64,000 bases of DNA from Candidatus Binatia bacterium (GCA_963666515.2 OY762897.2:3840001-3904000), one strand, 5' to 3'. Counted from the first letter of the stretch, positions 27,491 through 37,927 are shown. The notes: generated from the sequence alone by a model not told the origin. Translations and numbers: made by a program.

Positions 27491-27568
27491 TGGACTGTGA
27501 CCTCCGTTTGAGTGATTTCCGGGTGCTTTTCCGTACCGCGAAACGCTATCAGATTTTACCTGAGACGC

Positions 27569-29014
27569 CTACGCACCCGACGATTCCGCGTCCGCCTTCT
27601 CCTGCCCGTTCCGCTCCTGCCGCTTCCCCCCACGCCGGAACAGCGACGCCGCTGCGGCCAGCCCGCACAACACAGCGGCCGTCAGGAACACGAGCTGGAA
27701 GGCGGTCACGAAGGCGCCTACCTCCCCCAAATCCACGTGGGCGACGCGCCAGCGTTCGAACAGGAGGCTGGCTCCGGTGACGCCGAAGACGATGCCGGCG
27801 GTGCGCATCATCTGGTTGACGCTGCCGGCGACGCCTTGGTGCTCGCGCGGGATGGCGCCCATAACGAAGCTCATGTTGGGCACCTGGAAGGTGCCCAGGC
27901 CGAGCCCCACCAGGGCCAGGGAAAGGGCGGCGGTGGGGTAGTCGGAGCCGGCATCCAGGCCGCTGGCCAGCCACAGGCCCACGGACTGGACGGCCAGCCC
28001 CGCCGAGCTGAGCCAAGCGGTGCCGATGCGGTCGGACAAGCGGCCGACGAACGCGGCGGCAAAGATGGTCATCACCGCGGGCGCGAAGATGAGCAGGCCG
28101 ACCACGACCCCCCGGTAGCCCAGGATGTCCGCGGCATAGTAGGGGACCAGCAGGCCGATGGGGAACCGGGTGGCGTTGGCCGCCAGGGTGAGCAGGTTGG
28201 CCAGGGTGAAGGCCGGCCAGCGGAACAGGTCGAGGTTGATGACGGGCGCAGCCACTCGCTTCTCGGTGACGAGGAAGACCACCAGGCTGACCGCCCCGGT
28301 CAGCGCCAGCGCGAGCACCTCCGGATCCGTCCAGCCGAGGTCGCGGCTCCGGGTCATGGCCAGCAGCAGCGCACCGGCCGCCAGGGTGAGGGTGACGGCG
28401 CCCAGAAGGTCGAACCGCTCGCCGGACGTCGCTCGTTGCCCGGATCGGACGCGCCCGGACGTGAACCAGGCGATGAGCAGCGCGGGCAGCGCCCGGTAGA
28501 GGTAGACCCCGCGCCAGCCGAAGGCGTCCACCAGCACGCCGCCCAACAGCGGCCCCATGGCGTACCCCGTGGCCGTGTTCATCTGGTAGAACCCCAGCGC
28601 TTTGCCGCGTTCGTCGCCGCTGACGGCCAGGGTCACCAGCGCCGGGGCCGCGCCGAAAACCAGCGCCACGCCCACCCCCTGGAGTATCCGCCCCATGAGC
28701 AGCCACGCGAATGTCTGGGCGAAGCCGCAAACGAGGAACGCCACGGCGCTGATGAGGAGGCCGATGGTGAGGATGCGCCAGTGGCCGAAGATGTCCGCCA
28801 GCCGTCCGCAACCCAGCAGCAGGCTGGCGTGGGTCAGCACGTAGCTGACCACCACCCACTGAATCGACAGCAGGTTTATGCCGAACGCCTCGGTGATGGC
28901 CGGGAACGCGATGTTCACCGACGTGTCCAGCGAAGCCAGCAGGCCGCTCAGCCCGGCGATGAGCAGCGTCGGATTCGACCAGATGCGGGTCGGTGGTGAT
29001 GTCGTCTCAGGCAA
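27569..29014 (-). CDS. MFS transporter (DHA2/EmrB-QacA-like)
   Basis: LDTSVNIAFP, GRLADIFG, GRILQGVG, GPLLGG, many hydrophobic segments. Confidence 0.88.
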   Translation of the reverse strand: MPETTSPPTRIWSNPTLLIAGLSGLLASLDTSVNIAFPAITEAFGINLLSIQWVVVSYVLTHASLLLGCGRLADIFGHWRILTIGLLISAVAFLVCGFAQTFAWLLMGRILQGVGVALVFGAAPALVTLAVSGDERGKALGFYQMNTATGYAMGPLLGGVLVDAFGWRGVYLYRALPALLIAWFTSGRVRSGQRATSGERFDLLGAVTLTLAAGALLLAMTRSRDLGWTDPEVLALALTGAVSLVVFLVTEKRVAAPVINLDLFRWPAFTLANLLTLAANATRFPIGLLVPYYAADILGYRGVVVGLLIFAPAVMTIFAAAFVGRLSDRIGTAWLSSAGLAVQSVGLWLASGLDAGSDYPTAALSLALVGLGLGTFQVPNMSFVMGAIPREHQGVAGSVNQMMRTAGIVFGVTGASLLFERWRVAHVDLGEVGAFVTAFQLVFLTAAVLCGLAAAASLFRRGGKRQERNGQEKADAESSGA

Positions 29015-29028
29015 GGAACCCTGCTACT

Positions 29029-29841
29029 TCAACTCCCCGCCAGCCATTGCTCCAGCCGCTCGTTGTACGCTTCGGGCCGGGTGCCACGCATCATGTGCCC
29101 CACGCCTTCCCAGAACTCGAACACCACCTGCGGCGAGGCAATGCTCTGGAGATGCCCCAGCTCCTGGGCGAGGATGGCGCCGGGCTGCGGCGACACAGTG
29201 GCGTCCCCCACCAGGATCAGCGTCGGCGCCTGGATGCGCCGCAGGCGCTCCTCGGACGCCAGCGCCCAGTCGCGGTTGTCGGTGAGGAGGCGGGTCAGGG
29301 CGTGGGGCGAGAAGTGGCGGTTGCGGTAGACCTCCCAGTCCTCCTGTTCCGGCGAGAGACCGTTCTTTCGGGCCTCGGCGCGGATCTCCTCCTCGGGGCG
29401 CGCGAGCCGCGCCAGCGCGCCGGGCAGGGCGGTGACGAAGGCGTGCTGCATGCGCCAGTACACCGGGTCCTCCAGGAAGGCGCGGGAGATGCACTCGGGA
29501 TGGTCCGCCGCCAGGATGGTGCCGATGTTGCCGCCCCAGGAGTGGCCGGCGTAGGCCGGGCGTTCGAGCTTCAGGTTGACGATGAATTGGCGCACGTCCT
29601 CCGCGAAGTCGCGCAGACGGTAGCCGGTCACGGGCTTGTCCGACTCGCCGTGGCCGCGCAGGTCCGGCGCCACCACGTGGTAGCGGCCGGCGAAATGCTC
29701 GGCCACGCCCGCCCAGCCCAGGCTGTAGTTGGTCCAGCCGTGCACCAGCAGGAGGTCCGGCGCCGCGGGGTCGCCCCACTCCCGGTAGTGCATCCGGATG
29801 CCCTGCACCTCGGTGAAGCCGCTTCTGGGTTCTTCAGCCAT
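29029..29841 (-). CDS. alpha/beta hydrolase
   Basis: LLVHGW, PDLRGHGES, GHSWGG, GVGH; ATG 29841 with GGAGG RBS. Confidence 0.85.
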   Translation of the reverse strand: MAEEPRSGFTEVQGIRMHYREWGDPAAPDLLLVHGWTNYSLGWAGVAEHFAGRYHVVAPDLRGHGESDKPVTGYRLRDFAEDVRQFIVNLKLERPAYAGHSWGGNIGTILAADHPECISRAFLEDPVYWRMQHAFVTALPGALARLARPEEEIRAEARKNGLSPEQEDWEVYRNRHFSPHALTRLLTDNRDWALASEERLRRIQAPTLILVGDATVSPQPGAILAQELGHLQSIASPQVVFEFWEGVGHMMRGTRPEAYNERLEQWLAGS

Positions 29842-29918
29842 GATCGCCGTCCTCCCTGTGCCACGAACGTGGAATACGTGATACACGTTTAGAGAAGTTC
29901 TGACCAATTGACCCCCTC

Positions 29919-30007
29919 CGTCATTCCCGCGAAAGCGGGAATCCAGGTGGAGTCCCTCCCCCTGGATTCTCGCCTCGATCGAGGACTAGCTTTCGCGGGA
30001 AGGACGG
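29919..30007. repeat. Family A REP pair with degenerate right arm
   Basis: cgtcattcccgcgaaagcgggaatccagg ... cctggattctcgc[insert]gctttcgcgggaaggacgg. Confidence 0.75.
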
Positions 30008-30025
30008 TCCCGGGAGCCAGCCCCA

Positions 30026-30493
30026 ATGCCGGAGTTCATCACCGCAACCACGGAAGAACACTACCGAGAAGCGAAGGCCTTGCTGCGCGAGTACGAGGTC
30101 GAGATCGAAGTGGACCTGTGCTTCCAGGGGTTCGAGGAGGAACTTGAGACTCTGGATCGCGTCTACGGTGCGCCCGGAGGAAGGTTCTTTCTCCTACGCC
30201 AGGGAGACCGGACCGCTGGCTGCGTCGCCCTCAGGGACCTGGGCGGCGGAATCTGCGAGATGAAGCGCCTCTTTCTGCGGCCGGGTTTTCGCGGCAACGG
30301 CCTGGGGAGGGAGTGCGCCGAGCGGATCGTGCAGACGGCGCGGGAGATGGGTTACCGCGCCATGCGACTCGACACGCTTCGCGCCATGCACTCGGCCATC
30401 GCCCTGTATCGCTCCATGGGCTTCACCGAGATCGCCGCATACACTGTAAATCCATGCGAAGGCGCCCTGTTCATGGAGTTGGGGTTGGGATAG
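30026..30493 (+). CDS. GNAT family acetyltransferase
   Basis: DLCFQGFEEEL, CEMKRLF, RGNGLG acetyl-CoA motif, AIALYRSMGF. Confidence 0.9.
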   Translation: MPEFITATTEEHYREAKALLREYEVEIEVDLCFQGFEEELETLDRVYGAPGGRFFLLRQGDRTAGCVALRDLGGGICEMKRLFLRPGFRGNGLGRECAERIVQTAREMGYRAMRLDTLRAMHSAIALYRSMGFTEIAAYTVNPCEGALFMELGLG

Positions 30494-30529
30494 GGTCCGA
30501 ACGGAGATACCGCCATACGGAGGAATGAC

Positions 30530-32023
30530 ATGAGCCCGAACACAGACTCGTTCACGCTGCTTGAAGCCACCATCGCCGACATCCACGCCGCTTATGCCGC
30601 GGGCAGCCTCACCGCGCGCCAACTGGCGCAGATGTACATCGACCGCATCGACGCCTATGACCGGGGCGGTCCCCGGATCAACTCCATCATCACGGTGAAC
30701 CCGGCGGCGTTGGAGGAGGCGGACCGCCTGGACGCGGCGTACAAGCAATCGGGCAAGACGGGGCCGCTCCACGGCATCCCGGTGGTCATCAAGGATCAGG
30801 CGGACTTGAAGGGCACCCCCACCACCCTGGGTTCGGTGCTTTTCAAGGACTACTACCCGGATCGGGACTGCCGGGTGGTGGAGAAGCTCAAGGAGGCCGG
30901 CGCCATCGTGCTGGCCAAGACCACGCTGGGCGAGCTGGGCGCAGGCGATACCCACGGCTCGCTGTTCGGCTCCACCCGAAACCCCTATGACGTGGAGCGC
31001 ACCGTGGGCGGCTCGTCGGGCGGCTCCGGCGCCGCGGTCTCGGCCAACTTCGGCGCCGTCGGCATCGGGCAGGAGGGCATGGCCTCCATACGCCGGCCCT
31101 CCACCTGGAACTGCATCGCCGGCATGCGTCCCACCGCCGGCCTGGTGAGCCGGACCGGCGTCTATTCCGGCTGGCCGCAGGAAGCCGGATCGTTGGGCCC
31201 CATGGCGCGCACGGTGAGGGACATGGCCGTGCTGCTGGACGTGATGGCCGGCTACGACGGCGACGACCCGCTCACCTCCAGGGGGGTGGGGCACGTCCCG
31301 CCGAGCTACACCGACTTCCTGGATGCGGACGGCCTGCGCGGCGCCCGGATCGGCATCCTGCGGGAGCCCATGGGCATCAACAGCGATCCCGAGGCGGAAG
31401 ATTTCAAGAGCATCACGGCGATCCTCGACAACGCGGTCGAGGAGCTTCGGGCCGCCGGCGCCGAGGTGGTGGACCCGGCGGAGCTGGCGCGGCTCAACGA
31501 GTTGCTGGCCAGGCGCCGCGCCCACCCCACCACCGGGGAGACGGCCTTCGGGGTCTACATGGCCCGTAGCGCCAACCCGCCGTACAGGACGCGCGAAGAC
31601 GCCATGAACTCGCCGGAGTTCGCCAAGCTGTCGGACCAGGCCAAGGTACGGCTCAAGACCACCTCCGACCCCGCGGAACACTACGAGTACCTGCTGGCGC
31701 GGGACCACCTCATGATCCACCTGCTCAAGACCATGGCCGAGCACCGGCTGGACGCCATCGTCCACAAGTCCGTGGAGCACCAGCCCACGCTGATCGTCGA
31801 CGGCGTCAACCCGCCTTACGTCAACCACACGGGAGCGCCGCACCTGAACACGTTCCTCGTTTACGTGCCCACGGTCGTGGTGCCCGCAGGATTCACCACC
31901 GACGGCCTCCCGGCGGGCATCAGCTTCCTCGGACGGCCCTACGACGACGGCCGCATGATCCGGCTCGCCTACGCCTACGAGCAGGCCACCCATCACCGGA
32001 GGCCGCCGGAGACCACGCCGTAG
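30530..32023 (+). CDS. Amidase signature family protein
   Basis: GPLHGIPVVIKD, GGSSGGSG, ASIRRP. Confidence 0.9.
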   Translation: MSPNTDSFTLLEATIADIHAAYAAGSLTARQLAQMYIDRIDAYDRGGPRINSIITVNPAALEEADRLDAAYKQSGKTGPLHGIPVVIKDQADLKGTPTTLGSVLFKDYYPDRDCRVVEKLKEAGAIVLAKTTLGELGAGDTHGSLFGSTRNPYDVERTVGGSSGGSGAAVSANFGAVGIGQEGMASIRRPSTWNCIAGMRPTAGLVSRTGVYSGWPQEAGSLGPMARTVRDMAVLLDVMAGYDGDDPLTSRGVGHVPPSYTDFLDADGLRGARIGILREPMGINSDPEAEDFKSITAILDNAVEELRAAGAEVVDPAELARLNELLARRRAHPTTGETAFGVYMARSANPPYRTREDAMNSPEFAKLSDQAKVRLKTTSDPAEHYEYLLARDHLMIHLLKTMAEHRLDAIVHKSVEHQPTLIVDGVNPPYVNHTGAPHLNTFLVYVPTVVVPAGFTTDGLPAGISFLGRPYDDGRMIRLAYAYEQATHHRRPPETTP

Positions 32024-32071
32024 GACGCCATTGAACATGGCCGACGAAACCAGAAACCGAAAGGCGTGCGC

Positions 32072-32704
32072 ATGAGCGACAAGCCCGAAAACGTGATCCA
32101 GTGGATATACTCCTCGCAGAACAACGCCGAACTGGAGGAGCGCTACGACGAGTGGGCCGCGTCCTACGACCGGGACCTCGAAACCGACTTCGGCTGGCTG
32201 AGCCCGCGCAAGGCCATGGACGCCTTCGCCAAGCGGGTGCCCAGGCACGGCCGCATCCTGGACGCGGGCGCCGGCACGGGCATCGTGGGGGAGTTGCTGC
32301 ACGACGCGGGCTTCGAGTTCCTGGTGGCCATGGACCTGTCCCAGGGGATGCTGGACGAGGCCGCCCGCAAGGGCGTCTACAGTGAGTTCCACCGGATGGC
32401 GATGGGTTCCCCGCTGGACTTCCCGCCGCGCTGGTTCGACGGGGTCATCAGCGTGGGCGTCTTTACCGTGGGGCACGCCCCTCCCGGCTCGTTCGACGAA
32501 CTGGTGCGCGTGACCCGCCCCGGCGGCCACATCGTCTTCTCGCTTCGCCCGGACACCTACGAGCAGGACGGCTTCCGGGAGAAGCAATCATCGTTGGTGG
32601 CCGCGGAGAAATGGACGCTGGTGGAAGAAGGGGAGAAGTATCAGCCCATGCCCAAGGGAGAACCCGAAGTCTACCATCAGGTGTGGACGTACCAGGTGCT
32701 GTAG
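32072..32704 (+). CDS. Class I SAM-dependent methyltransferase
   Basis: YDEWAASYD, ILDAGAGTG, DLSQGML, RVTRPGG. Confidence 0.88.
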   Translation: MSDKPENVIQWIYSSQNNAELEERYDEWAASYDRDLETDFGWLSPRKAMDAFAKRVPRHGRILDAGAGTGIVGELLHDAGFEFLVAMDLSQGMLDEAARKGVYSEFHRMAMGSPLDFPPRWFDGVISVGVFTVGHAPPGSFDELVRVTRPGGHIVFSLRPDTYEQDGFREKQSSLVAAEKWTLVEEGEKYQPMPKGEPEVYHQVWTYQVL

Positions 32705-32720
32705 AAAATCGTTGAAACCC

Positions 32721-32750
32721 TTGATGTAGATCGACGGGGAACGGTATAAG
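32721..32750 (+). promoter_or_regulatory. Putative sigma70 promoter
   Basis: TTGATG-N18-TATAAG about 40 bp upstream of ATG 32791 (AAGGAGG RBS). Confidence 0.35.
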
Positions 32751-32790
32751 GGACAGAAATCAGGGGCGATTCGAAGGAGGTAGAACGATC

Positions 32791-33903
32791 ATGTCCGGTC
32801 AACTGAACACACGCATTATCGACGGCGACGGCCACATCCTGGAGGACAACCCGGGAATCCTGGAGCACATGGAAAAACCCTACCGGGACATCGCCGCCAA
32901 GAAGGGCATCATCTTCCCGCCCATCGACCATCTTCACGACGGCCGCGCGGTGGAGACGCCGCCGCTCCGGGACGGACGCGAGAAGGTGGGGCCGGACGGC
33001 TGGCTGCAGTTCCTGGAGGACGTGGGCATCGACTGGACGGTGATGTATCCGACCCAAGGGCTGGGCTACGGCAAGATCGTCAGCCTCGACTACGCCATCG
33101 CTGCCTGCAAGGCGTACAACGACTGGACGTACCACACGTACCTGCAGCGCGACCCGCGCTTCAACGCCATGGGCCTGATCCCCATGCAGGACCCGGAGGA
33201 GGCGGTCAAGGAATTGCGCCGCATCGTCACCGAGCAGGGCATGATGGGCGCCATGATGCCGTCCAACGGCCTGCCGCTGCCGCTGGGCGCCAAGGTCTAC
33301 TGGCCCATCTATGAAGAGGCCGACCGGCTGGGCTGCTGCCTCGCGGTGCACGGCGGCTGCCACGACCGCTTCGGGCTCGACCACATGAACATGTACACGC
33401 CGGTGCACGCGCTGGGCCACCCTTGGGGCATCACCCTCAACTGCGCCAACATCCTGTACAACGGCATCTTCGATCGCTTCCCCAACGTGCGCATCGCCTT
33501 CCTCGAAGGCGGCGTGGCCTGGCTGCTGCTATTGCTGGAGCGCCTGCACGCGTCCCACGAGACGCACTTCCAGTACGTCCCGGACGGCGAGTTCAGCATC
33601 GGCGAGGAAGACGATCCGGCCAGGATCATCAAGCAGCTCATCGAGGAAGACCGTTTCTACCTGGGCATCGAGACCGAAGAGCTGACCCTGCCCTTCGCCA
33701 TCAAGACCGTCGGGCACCGGCCGTTCCTGTACTCGTCGGACTTCCCCCACGAGGTCACCACCAAGAGCTGCATCCACGACATCGGCGAGCTGATGGAGAG
33801 CGAAGAGATCACCGACGACGACAAGGCCGCCATGCTCTATCGCAACGCGGAGCGGTTCTACAAGCCGGAGACCGGGGACGCGCAGGCCGCGGCCAAGGCA
33901 TAA
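32791..33903 (+). CDS. Amidohydrolase_2 family protein
   Basis: IDGDGH, AVHGG, FLEGG, SSDFPH. Confidence 0.88.
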   Translation: MSGQLNTRIIDGDGHILEDNPGILEHMEKPYRDIAAKKGIIFPPIDHLHDGRAVETPPLRDGREKVGPDGWLQFLEDVGIDWTVMYPTQGLGYGKIVSLDYAIAACKAYNDWTYHTYLQRDPRFNAMGLIPMQDPEEAVKELRRIVTEQGMMGAMMPSNGLPLPLGAKVYWPIYEEADRLGCCLAVHGGCHDRFGLDHMNMYTPVHALGHPWGITLNCANILYNGIFDRFPNVRIAFLEGGVAWLLLLLERLHASHETHFQYVPDGEFSIGEEDDPARIIKQLIEEDRFYLGIETEELTLPFAIKTVGHRPFLYSSDFPHEVTTKSCIHDIGELMESEEITDDDKAAMLYRNAERFYKPETGDAQAAAKA

Positions 33904-33932
33904 CCGCTTTCCGCAGCGGTTTCCCGAATCTG

Positions 33933-33967
33933 AAGGGGCAGGGCGTAGGTCACGCTCTGCCCCTTTT
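33933..33967 (+). terminator. Intrinsic terminator-like hairpin
   Basis: aaggggcagggcgt-aggtc-acgctctgcccctt followed by T residues, 30 bp after stop. Confidence 0.6.
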
Positions 33968-34015
33968 CAAATGGACGCGCCAGGGACGTCTCAAGTCCCG
34001 AAAAGGAGAAATGTC

Positions 34016-35101
34016 ATGGACGAATGCCGCGCCGCCGTAGTGGTATCCCACAACGAACCCCTGGAGATTCAGAAGGTGCCGGTCCCCGAGCTGGAGCCGG
34101 GGGCGCTGCTGGTGCGTATCGAGGCGTCCACCATCTGCGGCACCGACGTGCACCGCTGGCACGGCCCCCTGGGCGGCGGCGACACGCTGCCCATCATCAC
34201 CGGGCACGAGCCCTGCGGCTACATCGAGGAGATCAACGGCGATCGCACCGACATCCTGGGCAAGCCGGTGAAGCCCGGCGACCGCATCGTCTGGAGCTAC
34301 GTCGCCTGCGGCCACTGTTATTACTGCACCGTGGCGCTGCAGCCCTGCATCTGCCCGGGCCGCGCCTCCTGGGGACACAACCGCAGCGACAAGTATCCGT
34401 ACCTGCTGGGCAGCGTCTCCGAGTACATGTACGTGCCGCCGCCCTGCGAGATCATCAAGGTGCCCGACGACGTGACTTCGGCGTCCGCGGCCGCCTCGGC
34501 CTGCGCCTACCGCACGGTCATGCACGGCTACGACCGCCTCGGCGCCATCAAGAGCCACGAGACCGTGGTGATCCAGGGCAGCGGCCCGCTCGGCAACTTC
34601 GCCACCGCGGTGGCCAAGGACCACGGCGCCAAGCAGGTGCTGGTCATCGGCGCCCCGGCCGCGCGCCTGGAAGTCAGCAAGCGCATGGGCGCCGACGAGG
34701 TGCTGAACCTCGAAGAGGTCACCGACCCCAAGGACCGCCGTCAGTGGGTGCGCGACCACACCGACGGCCGCGGCGGCGACGTGGTGATCCAGGTGGCCAA
34801 CAACATGGCCGTGCCCGAGGGCCTCACCCTGCTGCGCGGCGGCGGCACCTACGTCAACATCGGCGCCGGCGGCAAGGCCGACATCGGCGTCCAGAACCTG
34901 CCCCAGGAGATGATCCTGCACACCATCCGCTCCGGCGAGCCGCGCCACTGGCTCCAGGCCATCGACTTCCTCTCCTCGCGCAAGGACACCTTCCCGTTCG
35001 AGGAGATGATCTCCGCCGAGTACACCCTGGAGCAGGTCAACGAGGCGCTGCACGCCATGGCCAAGTACGAGATCGTCAAGGGGGTCATCTACTTCAACTA
35101 G
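34016..35101 (+). CDS. Zinc-binding alcohol dehydrogenase
   Basis: ICGTD, GHE, CGHCYYC..C structural Zn site, GSGPLG; AAAGGAG RBS. Confidence 0.9.
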   Translation: MDECRAAVVVSHNEPLEIQKVPVPELEPGALLVRIEASTICGTDVHRWHGPLGGGDTLPIITGHEPCGYIEEINGDRTDILGKPVKPGDRIVWSYVACGHCYYCTVALQPCICPGRASWGHNRSDKYPYLLGSVSEYMYVPPPCEIIKVPDDVTSASAAASACAYRTVMHGYDRLGAIKSHETVVIQGSGPLGNFATAVAKDHGAKQVLVIGAPAARLEVSKRMGADEVLNLEEVTDPKDRRQWVRDHTDGRGGDVVIQVANNMAVPEGLTLLRGGGTYVNIGAGGKADIGVQNLPQEMILHTIRSGEPRHWLQAIDFLSSRKDTFPFEEMISAEYTLEQVNEALHAMAKYEIVKGVIYFN

Positions 35102-35161
35102 CAGGGTCAGACCTTGTACGTGGCTATAGGCGACATAACTAGCTGACTACAAGGAGTTTTC

Positions 35162-36163
35162 ATGCGCGCAATCGTCATGGGCGCCGGCCCCATCGGCGGC
35201 ATCATCGGCGGGCGTCTGGCTCGCGCCGGCCAGGACGTCACCTTCGTCGACGTGGACCGCGAACACGTCGCCGCCATCCGCGAAAACGGGCTTCAGGTGG
35301 ACGTCCCTGACGGACCGTTCAACGTGAAGGCCAACGTCGTCTTTCCCGACGAAATCGAGGGAACCTTCGACACGGCCTTCATCGCCGTCCGCTGCAACTA
35401 CACACGAGACACGCTGGCGGCGGCGCTGCCGCACCTGAGCGACGACGGTCTGGTGGTGTCGATGCAGAACGGCATCAACGTCCCGCTCCTGGAGGAGGCA
35501 GTGGGCGCGGATCGGACCGTGGGCATGGGCATCCGCATGGGGAGCCGGCGCACCGCTCCGGGGTGCGTGCACACCTCCACCCGCGGCCACCTCTACGTCG
35601 GCCATTCCCACGGCCGCACGACGCCGCGGCTGCAACAACTCCACGCCATGCTCGACGCCGTGATCCCCAGCGAGACCACCGACAACATCATCGGAGTGCT
35701 GTGGAGCAAGCTCACCTACACCTGCTACGGCTACTACGGCTCGCTGGCCAACACGTCGATGGTGGAAAGCTGCGCAAGCCCCGACGACCGGCGGCTGCTG
35801 GTGGATTTCCTGGGCGAGGTCGTAGCCGTGGGCACGGCCGCCGGCGCCCGGTTCATCCCCCTGCGCGAATACAATCCGCCCGATCTCCATCCCGACAAGC
35901 CCGTGGAAGCGCGCCTGGCCGTGATCAACGGCTACGCGGAGTCCTGGAGGTCGGACGACCTCAAGGGACCCCTCCGGCAACTGCTGAACGGCACCCGGCT
36001 CGAAGTCGAGTTCACGCTGGGCCACGTGGTGCGGGAGAGCGCCCGCCTCGGCCTCTCCACGCCCCTGTGCGACAACCTGCTGGCCATGCTGCTCGACCTG
36101 GAATCGGGCAAGCGCGCCCTCGGCCTCCACAACTACGCCGAGCTGGCAGCCTGCCGCGCCTGA
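35162..36163 (+). CDS. Ketopantoate reductase (PanE/ApbA) family protein
   Basis: MGAGPIGG Rossmann motif, SMQNG, LWSKL, E..F..G.VV. Confidence 0.8.
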   Translation: MRAIVMGAGPIGGIIGGRLARAGQDVTFVDVDREHVAAIRENGLQVDVPDGPFNVKANVVFPDEIEGTFDTAFIAVRCNYTRDTLAAALPHLSDDGLVVSMQNGINVPLLEEAVGADRTVGMGIRMGSRRTAPGCVHTSTRGHLYVGHSHGRTTPRLQQLHAMLDAVIPSETTDNIIGVLWSKLTYTCYGYYGSLANTSMVESCASPDDRRLLVDFLGEVVAVGTAAGARFIPLREYNPPDLHPDKPVEARLAVINGYAESWRSDDLKGPLRQLLNGTRLEVEFTLGHVVRESARLGLSTPLCDNLLAMLLDLESGKRALGLHNYAELAACRA

Positions 36164-36243
36164 CCGACGCTCGCATTCGGCATTCCCGCGCAACAGGTGT
36201 GTCAAACTCCGGCCTGCGTGCGGAAAGGCGACGACGCTCGAAT

Positions 36244-36271
36244 CGTCATTCCGGCGAAAGCCGGCATCCAG
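36244..36271. repeat. Family A REP
   Basis: cgtcattccggcgaaagccggcatccag. Confidence 0.8.
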
Positions 36272-36332
36272 GGAACGCTTCGCCGTCTAATGGAATACGG
36301 CGCTCATATTGGGCCACTGGAGGACTCATCAC

Positions 36333-37847
36333 ATGAAGCGTGCCGCGCTGGGACTGTTGATTCTCGTCCTGTTATCGGGAGTGGCCGTCTACTGGCTGAG
36401 TTTCATCCGGGTCACCAACGGCGGGCTGACCTTCGAGAACAAGCTGCTGATTCCCGAGCAGCTATTCGGAACCGTCGTGGACGGCCGCCGGCAGTTCCAC
36501 CTGACCGTTGACGAGGGCAGCCGGGAGTTCCTGCCGGGCAAGCAAACGCCGACGGCCGGCGTCAACGGCCCGTATCTCGGACCGACGGTGCGGCTGCGTC
36601 GAGGCGACGACGTCGATCTGATCGTCCGGAACAACCTGGACGAAATGACGACCATGCACTGGCACGGGGCGCACGTTCCCGCCCGCATGGACGGCACGCC
36701 CCATCAGAAGATCCAGCCAGGCACATCGTGGACCGCCAGCTTCGGGGTCCATCAACAGGCCGCTCCGCTGTGGTACCACCCGCATCCGCACGGCACCACG
36801 GGGCGACACTCCTATATGGGGATCGCCGGCTTCATGTGGATCGACGACGACAACAGCGAGGCGCTGGACCTGCCCAAGACCTACGGCGTCGACGACATTC
36901 CAGTCGTGATCCAGGACAAGCTGTTCACCGACGACGGTGCGTTTAACTTCGCCATCAGCCAGGGCGCCGTTTACGGCGACACCATGCTGGTCAACGGCAC
37001 CTGGAGTCCGTTTCTCCAGGTCGAGTCGCGGCGCATCCGACTCAGACTGTTGAACGGCTCGAACGCGCGGATCTACTACATCGGCTTTGACGACAACCGC
37101 GTGTTTCACCAGATCGCCACCGACGGCGGATTCCTCGATACACCCCTCCAGACCAACCGCGTGACCCTCGCTCCCGGCGAGAGGGCCGAGATCCTGGTGG
37201 ACTTCAGCGACGGCGCCGAGGTGGTGTTGAAGAGCTACCCGGAAGCCGATTTTCTGGACACCATCGGGTCGTTTTTCGTGGGACTCGGCAACGGGCACCT
37301 GGACTTGTTGAAGATCGTTCCCCGGCCGGCAAAACGCGCATCTCACGCGCTGCCGGAGCGCCTCAACACCATCTCCCGCATCAAGGCCGCGGACGCCGCC
37401 AAGACCCGCCCGATGGTATTGGGAGGGCTTTTGCGGGACGGAACGCCGGCCGGACCAGGTATGGGGCCGCCGATCAACGGCAAGCTGATGGATATGGAGC
37501 GAATCGACGAGGTCGTGCGATTGGGAGACATCGAGATCTGGGAAGTGAGCAATCCCGGCGGTCAGGACCACCCCTTCCACGTCCACCTGGTCCAGTTCCA
37601 GATTCTCGATCGCAACGGCCAGCCGCCCACCGGCGCCGAACTCGGCTGGAAAGACACGGTCCTGGTGTCTGCCGGCGATACCGTCCGCATCATCATGCCC
37701 TTCGACCGATATGCCGACCCCCAGGTCCCATACATGTACCACTGCCACATCATGGAACACGAAGACGCCGGCATGATGGGACAGTTCCTGGTCGTGAAAG
37801 ACCCGGAGAAACTCGGCAACCGCACGAGAAATCCGCGGGACAGGTAA
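36333..37847 (+). CDS. Multicopper oxidase (CueO/CotA-like)
   Basis: HWHG, WYHPHPH, HPFHVH, YHCHIMEHEDAGMM; N-terminal hydrophobic segment. Confidence 0.92.
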   Translation: MKRAALGLLILVLLSGVAVYWLSFIRVTNGGLTFENKLLIPEQLFGTVVDGRRQFHLTVDEGSREFLPGKQTPTAGVNGPYLGPTVRLRRGDDVDLIVRNNLDEMTTMHWHGAHVPARMDGTPHQKIQPGTSWTASFGVHQQAAPLWYHPHPHGTTGRHSYMGIAGFMWIDDDNSEALDLPKTYGVDDIPVVIQDKLFTDDGAFNFAISQGAVYGDTMLVNGTWSPFLQVESRRIRLRLLNGSNARIYYIGFDDNRVFHQIATDGGFLDTPLQTNRVTLAPGERAEILVDFSDGAEVVLKSYPEADFLDTIGSFFVGLGNGHLDLLKIVPRPAKRASHALPERLNTISRIKAADAAKTRPMVLGGLLRDGTPAGPGMGPPINGKLMDMERIDEVVRLGDIEIWEVSNPGGQDHPFHVHLVQFQILDRNGQPPTGAELGWKDTVLVSAGDTVRIIMPFDRYADPQVPYMYHCHIMEHEDAGMMGQFLVVKDPEKLGNRTRNPRDR

Positions 37848-37892
37848 TACACGGGCGCCCTCGGTCTCATCAACTGCATTTGCTGGCCGCTA

Positions 37893-37921
37893 TGGACAAA
37901 TTTTACTTATGACCCCATAAT
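37893..37921 (+). promoter_or_regulatory. Putative sigma70 promoter giving a leaderless mRNA
   Basis: TGGACA-N17-CATAAT ending 6 bp before ATG 37928, no SD. Confidence 0.45.
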
Positions 37922-37927
37922 ATCCGG

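Noticed and set aside
32037-32075. Short ORF MADETRNRKACA overlapping the methyltransferase start
   Set aside because: Too short, no RBS or other support for a leader peptide or frameshift.
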